IMG/VR virus record: IMGVR_UViG_3300032431_000001
Coordinates: 1 to 64,000 of that record
DNA: 64,000 nt
Reading direction: 5' to 3' (one strand)
From: a virus
Below, one piece after another: positions 47,701 through 53,359 of the stretch (positions are counted from its first letter, which is position 1; the number at the start of each line of letters is the position of its first letter). A model generated the notes under the pieces. The model was not told the DNA's origin, did not search any database, and saw only the letters and a list, made by a program, of their open reading frames with translations. Both the position numbers and the translations under genes were made by a program.

Positions 47701-50154
47701 CTTGGCGACATGATGAGGACTGATCTCCAAAAAACAGGTGGTGCGTTCCGTATCCTCAAAGGAGATGTCGCCGATTTTGCCCAAAAAGCAGCAACTTCAC
47801 TGATGAAAATGGACTGGGAAGGATTCAAAGGCGCGGCGGGGGATTTCTGGAGTAATTTAACTTTCGGCTTAGGGCAGATGTCTTCTGGATTTACCGGTGC
47901 TGGATTGAGCGCACTACTTTTCTCGGTTCACCTAGCACCGATCGCCTTCATTCTTGGTGGTGTTGCATTGGGTGCGCTGGCAATTTCAACTAATTTCTTA
48001 GGCTTGAGATCGATCCTAATGGGATTGTGGCGAATGTTCAGCGGATTTGTACAGATTACCGTCTCTGGGCTGATGATGATCTTGAATGTCGTGAGAGGTG
48101 TTGTGAAAGTTGTCGGGGCTATTCCCAACGCTCTTCGTGGAGACTTTACCCAGTTGGGTGAAGGTATCGAGATCGTTTGGCTAGGAGTCAAGGATGGTGC
48201 GAGAGGAATGTTTATCGGACTAAGTTCAGTCTTTGGCGGCGGACTTGAAGTTCTGGGCGGATTGTTTAAAGGGCTTCAGCAAACGATCGGTATTGTGTTT
48301 GGACCAGGGTTGATAAATTCGGCGCGAGAGGCTGTTACCGCGATCAAGCAATTATTTGATTCCGCCGGTGAGACAATTACGGCGGCACTAAGAAAACCAG
48401 GTCAAGTTTTAGATGGAATCGCTAATCGTTTTCGCAAAGGCAACGCACAAGTTGCCGATTCACCGATTGGTAGAACGGTTGGGGCGATCGCCGATGTCGC
48501 TAGCGGCAAAGCTCCAAACATGGATGCTGCCAGAGTCGCGCATGATTTTGATATGAAAATGCGTGGTAAAGACCCGGACGCTCAGCTAACCGCAGGCGAT
48601 CGGGCTCGTCTCGCACAGAGCCAAATGGAGGGCGTCGTCAATCAAGCGTTTAACACGTCACGCGGACTGGGCGCTGATATTGTCTCGCCATCTCGCGGTC
48701 AGGGAGTGCTTAGCGAAATCGATGACGAATTGAGACGTGCGGAAGCAGGGCTAGGCCGTATGAAAAACCGTAGCGTTTCCGCAGCCGACGCAACGAACGA
48801 CGCGCTTTCTTCACTGGGTATAGCGCTTAGTTCTTTTTCTCCAGCACTAGCATCGCCTTTATTTTTGGTCGGTGATCTGCTCAGCGGATTTACTGGACTT
48901 TCGCTGGCGCTACCGCGACTTGGAGTGATGTTCCCTGGGGTCGCAGTGGCGATCGGTACGTTCACAACAGCAGTAACAGCAGGCACTTGGACTGTCTCTG
49001 GAGCGATCGCAGGCTTCAGTACAGTGTTTACAGGAGCTATGGCGGGTATAAGCTCTGCTGCTTCGGTTGCTTGGGTTGCCATCAGTGGGCCGATGTTCCC
49101 AATTTTTATCCTGTTCGCTGCTTTGGCCGCCGGATTCTTGCTATTTAAAACAAATTTCTTGGGTTTTGCCGATATTGCTTCTGGTGTCTTTGATGGCGTC
49201 AAAGACATTCTTTCCGGTATCTGGGATACTGTAACCGAGGGGATTCAAGGCGTTGGTTCGCTGATAGGGTCGATCGGTGGATATCTGATCGAACCGCTCG
49301 CACCGCTACTACAACTATTTGGCATTGATGTTGGAAATGCAGGTTCTGGATTACAGACAGCATTCGTTCAGCAAGCGATTACCGCGTTATTACTGCCGAT
49401 TCGGGCGATCGGTCTGGTATTCCGCGGGATTGTTTGGAGCGTTTTTGCTGTTACAAAATCGTTACTGTGGCTAGGGGGCCTTGTTGTGCGAATTGTTCTG
49501 GCTCCGATAACACTCGTCGCTAACGCGGTTGGGGCGATCGTCCGAGGATTCCAAGCTCTCGGCTCAATCCTTGCCACGGTACTGCTCGCACCGTTCCAGT
49601 TCTTGCAAAACGTTGTGAACTGGATCTGGGGAAAACTGACGCAATTGCCTGCGTTCTTAAGTCAGGCGATCGCTAGCGTTCCTTTAATTGGCCCGCTACT
49701 TCAGAACTTAGGTAACACCATTTTCCAAAGTGGCGCACAAACTCCTGTACAGCAATTCGCATCTGGTGGCTCGGTTGTCGGGCCAGGTTCTGGTACTGCC
49801 GACAGGATACCTGCACTGCTTTCAAATGGAGAGTTTGTAGTATCAGCAAGACCCGCTCAAGAAAATATGGGTTTGCTAACCGCACTCAATGAAGGGCGTA
49901 GCGTTGAAGTAATGGCAATGCCAGCACCAACTAGAATACCGTTGGCGTTAGCAGGCAATAGTGAAACAGCACAATCTGACAATATGCCAAGACAAATGCC
50001 ACCAGTTGAGATTAATATCAACCTACAAGGCGACATAGTATTAGCGGGAACTAATTCAGCAGCAGATGCCCAAGAATTTCTCACAAAAATAGAGCCGTAC
50101 TTACAACAAGCTGTATGGGGAATGTTCCGAAATTGGGTTGATTTTAACCGTTAA
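35734..50154 (+). CDS. giant tail tape-measure-like protein (4806 aa from ATG 35734; 4834 aa from TTG 35650)
   Basis: The N-terminal region ...AMELQKSMAGVKKLAGD...NEVFNLSARLGVEDTKVSAIFEDLAGSGK resembles the TP901-type TMP core. There are many Gly/Ala-rich hydrophobic segments and coiled-coil stretches. The TMP-type SPxx motif occurs twice (SEHSPGPT 38218-38241; SEGSPGPS 46060-46083). The C-terminus is typical of TMPs: FASGGSVVGPGSGTADRIPALLSNGEFVVSA. Confidence 0.7.
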   Translation: MSDQYGLESNFKFAASSNSFSQMDRVIALLEGIEQATKETAQTIASTSLGKDLMKSLNADGVKRASKDIQGATKKIGNALSPLKTEFRALRAESRNIDFGEMTDTRQFKKASNEVSAYIKKLKELEKQITGTEPADREFKAGLRSQQRTAGDKVKMAKANRDASMASERLGFSQAIQGGGQSVLDVFATPLESAMELQKSMAGVKKLAGDISEGGNRLLQNEVFNLSARLGVEDTKVSAIFEDLAGSGKQFGDQMGGIGTRIAEVEQILKNQQALDVSGGAATQLDVTLGSIYKNLVSKDPQAIVELNARVASSINQLADKLSDVRISAEDVIPVMNVVMNTVGDAANFPIDQIAAYSAAIASLGTIEPEAAGSFFNRLGAKMSENTKAFAGALNMDVEDFEKALNTDKLGVVTKVAEAYKNVQGGELKQGAFFKSIGVGSVQDQKLLQGLANNIDTLKSASVVAKGGFFGKDILELVDPKTGKKVMSLGKDLGELSIDHEIGEVMKTAYFQTTRFDTSVGALMSTLGIAWLKVITPLKALGADIAGVLLKVTQAAPELTTALTVLVVGFATLAAMAGTAGVALFGFQQAQAIAATAAIGMQHSLIPLTGFFETAMTGFKGTNPWTGVFRQSTVLADEFTVAANGAKGLVGGELRTAFIALRAQVMMTSQAALSMGRAFLLSPLGLAIGSFLLFDQLLQRANPKVRLLGTLFSLFSSAAGFAFGILEGFVGAFLELLKVPAGAAGGLLSAPFTAISQALEFAMESFKNWERSGKHIGESIFNILASPFILAASATAGAWDKTISFIAGLLKPLADLAAYIGYFIQGSLSEHSPGPTSMIRLKWAITAASVVGSFLMMQVSSAITGLKIREAMGAAAAWVVTNWQASVEKVTNFFAGLTLPDTLTNFATEIGNAWNNTFGMMTSGWLSFVDTFTSTTPNFGGLAMAGMAAMQPLIAWGLPDIVSDGFDKVTQPRSPATAPKILPPTTPPQQSEPIAQIAEQVTVQAQEIQTIWQQMWIWIGDKAQQGLDRVRGAITTNLGAGTLAFLDKIGAITSDTIQNVTDAFNRFAVEGATGIQVAVGVGFALFELVKGLGVVSTVFMDAEGGFFHTAIENFNLLGFSALLASSMLMSLVTVPFEALKNLPLFFGTIVSGVTSVFGLGNEKLLEEGASKYVSFLKVFDRPGIGTAIAKGLPGLVAVLMGLNVFNHLTTDWTATLIDWSNRLPELLSGTVNIIFPAGQMRDDVNVVLGEVGGMLASFWQELASSAERVGDFIKPIFEAIASMKILTIPQLFANYMGFGEAMQPVTDFFHSLPLLGMPMGEFVVIEAAVSAFFDVLKSPTLAGFVGFLTGPLFKAVVAVGAVFINLGRTIGTAFVGLPFAMIAVAIKNAATTGGDTIKGSLIAPIKTFIVEQAKLIPGLISAGVTQLLNLIRQIPIIGNFVGNALEVAIGGISKLFGLAGEALPGYLGMLRSELNILGTALRGLLPVFAAVGLSLVAGGKYIINEALKPLLDAIGFIGGGGFNKLYIQTKGMQGVTKGVNPVDLGLAMMDDALVQLQSKFGMFDGLEGTARETAMKASRPIRNVMMGIYETYRISAKDVGAKVAGASGQLGNAVVTATEEIFPISILGQKINRVRKAYLGGIDQMRYAKGYDRKFGLGAINEGLIMFRLVAPSVIQLLSRLAFTWMTYYTVLDAIKPALLDNIDTFARTHKQLGVFANVIFVITGAIRILRFALVDSVNTVVAFAVGFFQAFQSLAPIAGKAAGIIAYGIGLIIKGATLGVQILGAVLLLPVIAISKVMQGVLIAVKYVTQQIAAEVMSIIDVFVDLGSAILKGDVLGAFWAIGRLIPTIIQVVVGIGFFKLGRFVAAGMIALAGVVWRIAIDGISLLIFKVIPYVAKKAYEIGWAIILGIVWGAQAGFKLLITTILTVFNILDQSLIAVGNNVAKGMGIALTTFNQMRQFGAGALALFASFVWVLVSVNAQIHFVGIGFTWLLSLMGGTVSLPIVAALVLAALLIWQVTDGFKELDAIISALNHPVQWLQDSMSNIAKTFSGGINTDWIAFFVEKLIRVIPIVLGGIFLLGFAVKKHIFGGFMLVWDVVKGIANSLINVVRSAKAIPGAVMGIGTEGRILEGVHKTRSTLGLYKDPQSKDARENEFKLAKESAMFKDKVIANSQAQIYTLAREQKTDYGHLAEEVETTKGGFFGIGASKQKKWQLTGAGEEFHQKRLAETLEVKTGVFDDKSLKDVAKSVSPARLGMMQGEELRAIFTKDRPDLAALGRALETVKTQNVAVMNVARMNGGDSSSKDTSIGKIKYSRGELEGLNVKGLESGQDSFGVSELGVAQIIKALKGLNVPAEQMTDNYTSLNSITQNTKKFIARLLQFQLAAASGKIDNKAATGVASVSHLQDQFKLDTVDRSKIGDPAQFHELMKDKVAVLEDAMRNGSHAALQGFDFNDVANQLKDSTGESDYQLRLKGVLESMMAHQLKTVENTFNQTPTIFETEASRLRSITGETPSKISHGLKGIFSDVMSGIGQAFTNAAKKLPGINDSLSSEALRAIDRQVAGVAPLADQRAQDSRRSKLEAAQRQLREGQLNSEKQQQVLQNIANLIQRDVYELTHPTMNPEQLRARVDRAKTEREKLFNGMRGGNKSLEQWISRFTAEEQRAISQQIKEGRFRGGALTTRGVDRTVTEGTRRVTTPTYVNNEASLAQALGYENIKQVEQAFSTDTILENAKRSWGEQLRLLVGIGDDANTYNKQVDALRAQIDQRVKRQTSGFAERESRRNAAMANRESGFLAQLNQVGRSRADFTTRLNATQQKTFEDFLKTGKLQTATSDDQFKVMGKEFGFADNDAGMKSFKDFQSELGKAENKNIAEYFRTALVDDPGKLRGRGSSFVAADGTQVNDPNERIKELIRNATPPEGRMAAHDQLDRLSANRRRSSGNPDTTRVWESAIDYLATGRATTDLTVEQIAEIGRAMELEGDNESVAMQLRSIANQRNTGFGAITDSIKRFLKNIEVDAESVEEYIHNRLVDMSSLSAFGGHPLATVSDILRNVLFEPIVSLVKGTWMWLGNAINSIGTNAAALRTRATGLLTSLPGVRTFAQARQRRETDRQSSLQSLSAKMGYENQEKFAEEFKKALITRGITEGRLQNKALQAVLNSRRSKGVAETLRTSRFQEVQDSSRQIGEALAATLGLNGSPQEIANLLAPGGFTTRAIAPLRNYFLKAVIPAVVDVGLAPLKLIWGIVRNPGLSLAAIKTKTGQIADAVSDFMVSSYTTIRRVFSFAATQLGKVPLFSRIWGAVSGFFGKIASKIQGMAAPASTQRLREVQTQRHVAAREAALVSARAGDIEPDQIGRVAGVAEESGTGVIGRLNEQIGRLSQFRAQEVARLNPFQKLLIFATTAARGAKNAWAQTAEEISEGGWRGLISRFKRIGYLLKRNISEGSPGPSADTRENWERTQQAVGQNMGEIANSAHVAGQQIQGDMQRTARRSAGFLGAIGGAVHGMGKAGMAIGGAVTAIGFAAQTASYSLVNMGLIDEASAAKLNKFLEIFTLMGAVGGLLAPVMGAIGASVGAIGWAFALIFNPVTLTIAAITGGLFLINEGLKRFAGIDLLGPLLTNVQQPFQGVISFIQGKIDEVFAWMMDKFGTQLSPILEPMNIAVEQIKGAWQGFVDWFTAMPLVQTAIDIGTGLINALNHNPTDQIPLAWEGAVEQIKGMLFGLPFVGDFIASLLEDSLDPGKILGNLFSGFGGKKVKTEIPVEAGVKLNYKDALESAVRQADFDARSGSASAQAASANLQYQLKTTGGQMTADQLGAAYQGPGGEFLQKAIAKENNRLFVDQGIAAKEKRESLQQDLKALNQQEVTLQTQYAEAIGQVQVAAAKSAPTNFFQSLLGGSSVSTLTAQAATVSQSMTRLQTEREELEKKITDTSFTFDSGTDRMLKNMGIDPAGLKVAVAEGKVAIATGIKEVGLAVSDRWRYLERSGGGNLGDMMRTDLQKTGGAFRILKGDVADFAQKAATSLMKMDWEGFKGAAGDFWSNLTFGLGQMSSGFTGAGLSALLFSVHLAPIAFILGGVALGALAISTNFLGLRSILMGLWRMFSGFVQITVSGLMMILNVVRGVVKVVGAIPNALRGDFTQLGEGIEIVWLGVKDGARGMFIGLSSVFGGGLEVLGGLFKGLQQTIGIVFGPGLINSAREAVTAIKQLFDSAGETITAALRKPGQVLDGIANRFRKGNAQVADSPIGRTVGAIADVASGKAPNMDAARVAHDFDMKMRGKDPDAQLTAGDRARLAQSQMEGVVNQAFNTSRGLGADIVSPSRGQGVLSEIDDELRRAEAGLGRMKNRSVSAADATNDALSSLGIALSSFSPALASPLFLVGDLLSGFTGLSLALPRLGVMFPGVAVAIGTFTTAVTAGTWTVSGAIAGFSTVFTGAMAGISSAASVAWVAISGPMFPIFILFAALAAGFLLFKTNFLGFADIASGVFDGVKDILSGIWDTVTEGIQGVGSLIGSIGGYLIEPLAPLLQLFGIDVGNAGSGLQTAFVQQAITALLLPIRAIGLVFRGIVWSVFAVTKSLLWLGGLVVRIVLAPITLVANAVGAIVRGFQALGSILATVLLAPFQFLQNVVNWIWGKLTQLPAFLSQAIASVPLIGPLLQNLGNTIFQSGAQTPVQQFASGGSVVGPGSGTADRIPALLSNGEFVVSARPAQENMGLLTALNEGRSVEVMAMPAPTRIPLALAGNSETAQSDNMPRQMPPVEININLQGDIVLAGTNSAADAQEFLTKIEPYLQQAVWGMFRNWVDFNR

Positions 50155-50169
50155 TCGTAGTACGAATAG

Positions 50170-50198
50170 TTGACATTCTACTACAATTGTAGTATTAT
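50170..50198 (+). promoter_or_regulatory. sigma70-type promoter
   Basis: TTGACA (50170-50175), 17 bp, TATTAT (50193-50198). It shares TACGAATAGTTGACAT with the promoter at 5201-5216. Confidence 0.5.
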
Positions 50199-50239
50199 AT
50201 ATATATGCCCAGATTCTATACATAAACGGGCTAAAAACA

Positions 50240-51367
50240 ATGCAAATCACAAATAGCGCAGCAATTCAAATCGAACCTGTAGTCAAAAAAGCTTCGTTAC
50301 TCTCTGCAATAAAGCAGCGAGTGACTTCGTTACTCTCTGCAACAAAGCAGGGCGTAAAGATGATTCTTCGACCACAGTGGAAGAAATGGAAAGATACACA
50401 CGATATAAACCGCTTTATAGAAGCGGTGTGGATGCAACAAATGAAGCAAGAGATATCTGCCGACAATTTCCAACAACTTCGCGCCTTAGAGCGCGAAATG
50501 GAACAGACACGGCAATCGTCTCGCTATTGTTTCACAAAAACACAACTCCGTACCAAGCAATTGTGCGGATATTATCTGTCGGAACAAGACACAAACACTG
50601 CGTTTAATTACGCAGTCGAGCGTCATTTCTCCGCGCTAAGTCGCGGAGTTATACCGACGGAGGACGATCAGTCGTTATCAGCCGTCCGGCTCGAAGCGAT
50701 CGATCGAGTGTTAAAAAACACCCCGGCAGTCAAAGACTGTCGGGCAGATTCCGAGGCTTCGATTGTCCCAGTGGTGCTAAACACCACACCGGAAACAATA
50801 GAAGCAGCAGAACTCCGCATTGACCAATTGTGCGGATATTATCTGTCGAAAAAAGACACAAACACTGCGTTTAATTACGCCGTCGGGTGTCATTTCTCCG
50901 CGCTAAGTCGCGGAGTTGTACCAACAGATAACGATAGGTCACTTTCGCGCATACGCGAGGAAGCGATCACTCAAGTGATTAAAAACACCCCGGCAGTCAA
51001 AGACTGTCGGACACAAGATTCCGGAGTCATAGACTCCGGCGCAAATATGCTAAACGCGATGGCTTCGATTGTCGAAGCTACGCAAGTGGTGTTAGACGCC
51101 ACACCGGAAACAACAATAGAAGTAGCAGCAGAAGTGCTGCTTACTGAAGCGGTGGTATCGAATACCACCGCATTAACTGACAAGCAACTCATGGAGTTGC
51201 GTCAGTCAATGGTTGGAAAGACCAGTATAGGGCAGCTTAGACTGCCTCACTTAAAACTGTACGCAAAAGCGCACGGGATTAAGATACCTGGGAGATCAAC
51301 CAGGATTAAAGACATCAAGAATATTATTGCCGCCGCACAAGGCAGCAATAAGCTTCTCAAGATTTAA
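50240..51367 (+). CDS. repeat-containing protein with C-terminal HeH/SAP/Rho-N-like motif
   Basis: 375 aa. An 89-aa unit (QLCGYYLS..DTNTAFNYAV..HFSALSRGV.PT...NTPAVKDCR...TPET) is repeated in tandem (nt 50558-50824 and 50825 to about 51125). The C-terminus LRLPHLKLYAKAHGIKIPGRSTRIKDIKNII resembles the HeH/SAP/Rho-N fold. Confidence 0.6.
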   Translation: MQITNSAAIQIEPVVKKASLLSAIKQRVTSLLSATKQGVKMILRPQWKKWKDTHDINRFIEAVWMQQMKQEISADNFQQLRALEREMEQTRQSSRYCFTKTQLRTKQLCGYYLSEQDTNTAFNYAVERHFSALSRGVIPTEDDQSLSAVRLEAIDRVLKNTPAVKDCRADSEASIVPVVLNTTPETIEAAELRIDQLCGYYLSKKDTNTAFNYAVGCHFSALSRGVVPTDNDRSLSRIREEAITQVIKNTPAVKDCRTQDSGVIDSGANMLNAMASIVEATQVVLDATPETTIEVAAEVLLTEAVVSNTTALTDKQLMELRQSMVGKTSIGQLRLPHLKLYAKAHGIKIPGRSTRIKDIKNIIAAAQGSNKLLKI

Positions 51368-51369
51368 TT

Positions 51370-51451
51370 AACAAAAGTCCGCAACTCAAGAAACAGACGG
51401 AGTAATGAGGGCTAAATTACAAGCGTAAAACGCGGTATATTTAGCTAGAGG
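51370..51451 (+). repeat. left copy of an ~82-bp inverted repeat pair
   Basis: The reverse complement of 51370-51451 aligns with 55317-55398 at about 75% identity. Long identical blocks: CCGCGTTTTACGCTTG and GAGTTGCGGACTTTTGTT. Confidence 0.7.
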
Positions 51452-51556
51452 ATAAACAAAAAGCGCGCATCTAATAAATGTATTAGATGCGCGCTTTTTG
51501 TTGACTTGTATAGTTGGCTATGATATATTAATTATGTAGTCACTTAGGTATCCGTT

Positions 51557-51919
51557 ATGATGATTGAAGAAAAGATCGCACACAGTATACTGCATCAACA
51601 AAAGGATGTAATTACCCGCCATCTGAATCAAATTCAAGAAGCCTTGCAAGAAGACTTCAACAAGGAAGACCTTATTGTTCACAATGAATCGTCACCTTTC
51701 TTTGGAAAGGTTGGCGTTGAGATTCGACTTCGGTATGACAAGCGTTGTCGCTCTTGGGATTTATATCACGGACTACAAAGTCCGAAAGAGCCTTGGCACA
51801 ACTGGGTAGCACATGGATTCTTATGCTACGAAGACGGTGATCTCAATGATTTAGCTTGCGAGCTAGTTGAGTGCGTCATTCAGGACGCAGTTGAAGAGTA
51901 CCAAAACGAATATTGCTAA
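51557..51919 (+). CDS. hypothetical protein (cassette 1 of a duplicated promoter/terminator pair)
   Basis: 120 aa. Promoter TTGACT (51501), TATATT (51524), N6, GTAGTC (51536). Terminator at 51925-51958. Confidence 0.55.
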   Translation: MMIEEKIAHSILHQQKDVITRHLNQIQEALQEDFNKEDLIVHNESSPFFGKVGVEIRLRYDKRCRSWDLYHGLQSPKEPWHNWVAHGFLCYEDGDLNDLACELVECVIQDAVEEYQNEYC

Positions 51920-52018
51920 TCAAAAGCGCGCATCTAATACATTTATTAGATGCGCGCTTTTTGTTGACTTGTATAGTTGCCTATGATATATTAATTATGT
52001 AGTCGTTTGGAAGACTTT

Positions 52019-52354
52019 ATGTCAATCAGTCAATTAGAAATCAATTTGATTAAGAACAAAGACAATATAGCTTCTGAGCTTAACTCAGAATGGCTGTCAA
52101 TGAAAGCGACCTTTAAAAGGATCGAGTTAAAAACAGAAAATGACAATGCTGGCATAGATGTCAGACTAATCGTCGAAGATGGTTGTTGGAGACTCCATAT
52201 AGGAGACGCTCAATATGACACATCGCAAGGCGATTATTGCGCTAGCGAGTTCCTTGATTACGACTGGGAAGAAGCGGAAGTTGAGGCATTATGTCTTTCT
52301 ACCGCAGGAGACTTAATCGAGTCAATTGCAGAAACGGAGGCTTGGCAGTCTTAG
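52019..52354 (+). CDS. hypothetical protein, distant paralog of 51557..51919
   Basis: ORF track 52007 (TTG) trimmed to ATG 52019. AGIDVRLIVEDGCWRLHIGD parallels VGVEIRLRYDKRCRSWDLYHG in the previous ORF. The upstream 84 nt is nearly identical. Terminator at 52371-52405. Confidence 0.55.
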   Translation: MSISQLEINLIKNKDNIASELNSEWLSMKATFKRIELKTENDNAGIDVRLIVEDGCWRLHIGDAQYDTSQGDYCASEFLDYDWEEAEVEALCLSTAGDLIESIAETEAWQS

Positions 52355-52370
52355 CAATATAAAAACAAAA

Positions 52371-52405
52371 GCGGGCGATCGGATTAATTTAATCCGATCG
52401 CCCGC
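52371..52405 (+). terminator. palindromic terminator (HIP1-stem family)
   Basis: GCGGGCGATCGGATTAATTTAATCCGATCGCCCGC after stop 52354. Confidence 0.7.
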
Positions 52406-52783
52406 TTTATTATGTCCTTTATTTGGTTTAACACTCTCAGGTCTAAAGACACTGAGATTCTACTGACAGAATTGGATTAAGGATATTGCCTAAAGCCTAA
52501 TTCTCGTTACGACCGTCAAACGCCGTCTACTTAGTTACTCTAAGTCAAGCTTAGGTTTCTAGCTACTTTGTGTCCGCAATATTGGGATACAAACGCAACT
52601 GGCTTTTGGAGATCGAGGATAAGTCTCCCGACAAGCCGAAAACCTTGCTTGATAAGGGTTATAGAGGCACGACGAATTCTTGGAGGCGCTTGCCGAGAAT
52701 AGAGCCGAATTAGAGGTTAAATAACAGTGTAACGTTTTCTAACGAAAGCTAATATATCCTGACATTTGCGGTAGATTGAGTGA

Positions 52784-53359
52784 ATGGCATACATACCACT
52801 CAGAAAAGCAGTCGAGTTTCTGGGCTTGCACCCAAACACTTTAAGGAAGTACGCAGATGAAGGGAAAATCAAAAGCATCAAAAACGAAGCAGGACAAAGA
52901 CTCTACGATGTCGAGTCTTACCAACGCGGTGCAATTGGAACTACCACTGTTTGCTACTGCCGTGTCAGTTCAACAAAGCAGCGAGACGACCTCGCTAGAC
53001 AAGTTGAATTTATGCGTAACCAGTATCCAGCAGCCGAAATCGTCCAAGATATCGGCTCTGGACTCAACTTCAAGCGCAAAGGACTGCAAGCCCTACTGGT
53101 CAGACTTATGCGCGGAGATCAGCTCCAAATTATTGTTGCCTGTCGCGACAGATTGTGTAGATTCGGATTTGAATTGTTCGAGTTTATGGTCAAACAAAAC
53201 GGTGGAGGGATCTTGGTTCTCTCAAATCCTGTACACTGTCCACAAACAGAACTCACCGCCGATCTTCTTGCCATCCTTCACGTCTTCAGTTGCAGAATGC
53301 ACGGACTTAGAAGCTACAGCCAGAAGATCAAGGAAGATCCGAATATTCCTAAGCCCTGA
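52784..53359 (+). CDS. tnpA: IS607-type serine recombinase TnpA (MerR-like HTH + resolvase catalytic domain)
   Basis: 191 aa. N-terminal HTH LRKAVEFLGLHPNTLRKYADEGKI; catalytic-Ser motif VCYCRVSSTKQRDDLARQ; resolvase core ...IVACRDRLCRFGFE. Confidence 0.8.
   Translation: MAYIPLRKAVEFLGLHPNTLRKYADEGKIKSIKNEAGQRLYDVESYQRGAIGTTTVCYCRVSSTKQRDDLARQVEFMRNQYPAAEIVQDIGSGLNFKRKGLQALLVRLMRGDQLQIIVACRDRLCRFGFELFEFMVKQNGGGILVLSNPVHCPQTELTADLLAILHVFSCRMHGLRSYSQKIKEDPNIPKP

Noticed and set aside
35940-50084. About 30 antisense or alternate-frame ORFs (60-228 aa) inside the tape-measure gene, e.g. 38205..38687, 39615..40301, 41535..42110, 48699..49208
   Set aside because: They are entirely nested in a 14.4-kb uninterrupted frame with TMP features. 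Their translations are low-complexity (Pro/Ser/Ala/Ile-rich), typical of shadow ORFs opposite Gly/Ala-rich coding sequence. None has a promoter or terminator signature.
52857-53267. ATG 52857 as the start of the IS607 TnpB (526-aa version in the ORF track)
   Set aside because: The first ~140 codons overlap tnpA in another frame and show no TnpB similarity. Family homology starts near 53325. I propose TTG 53268, but this is unverified.
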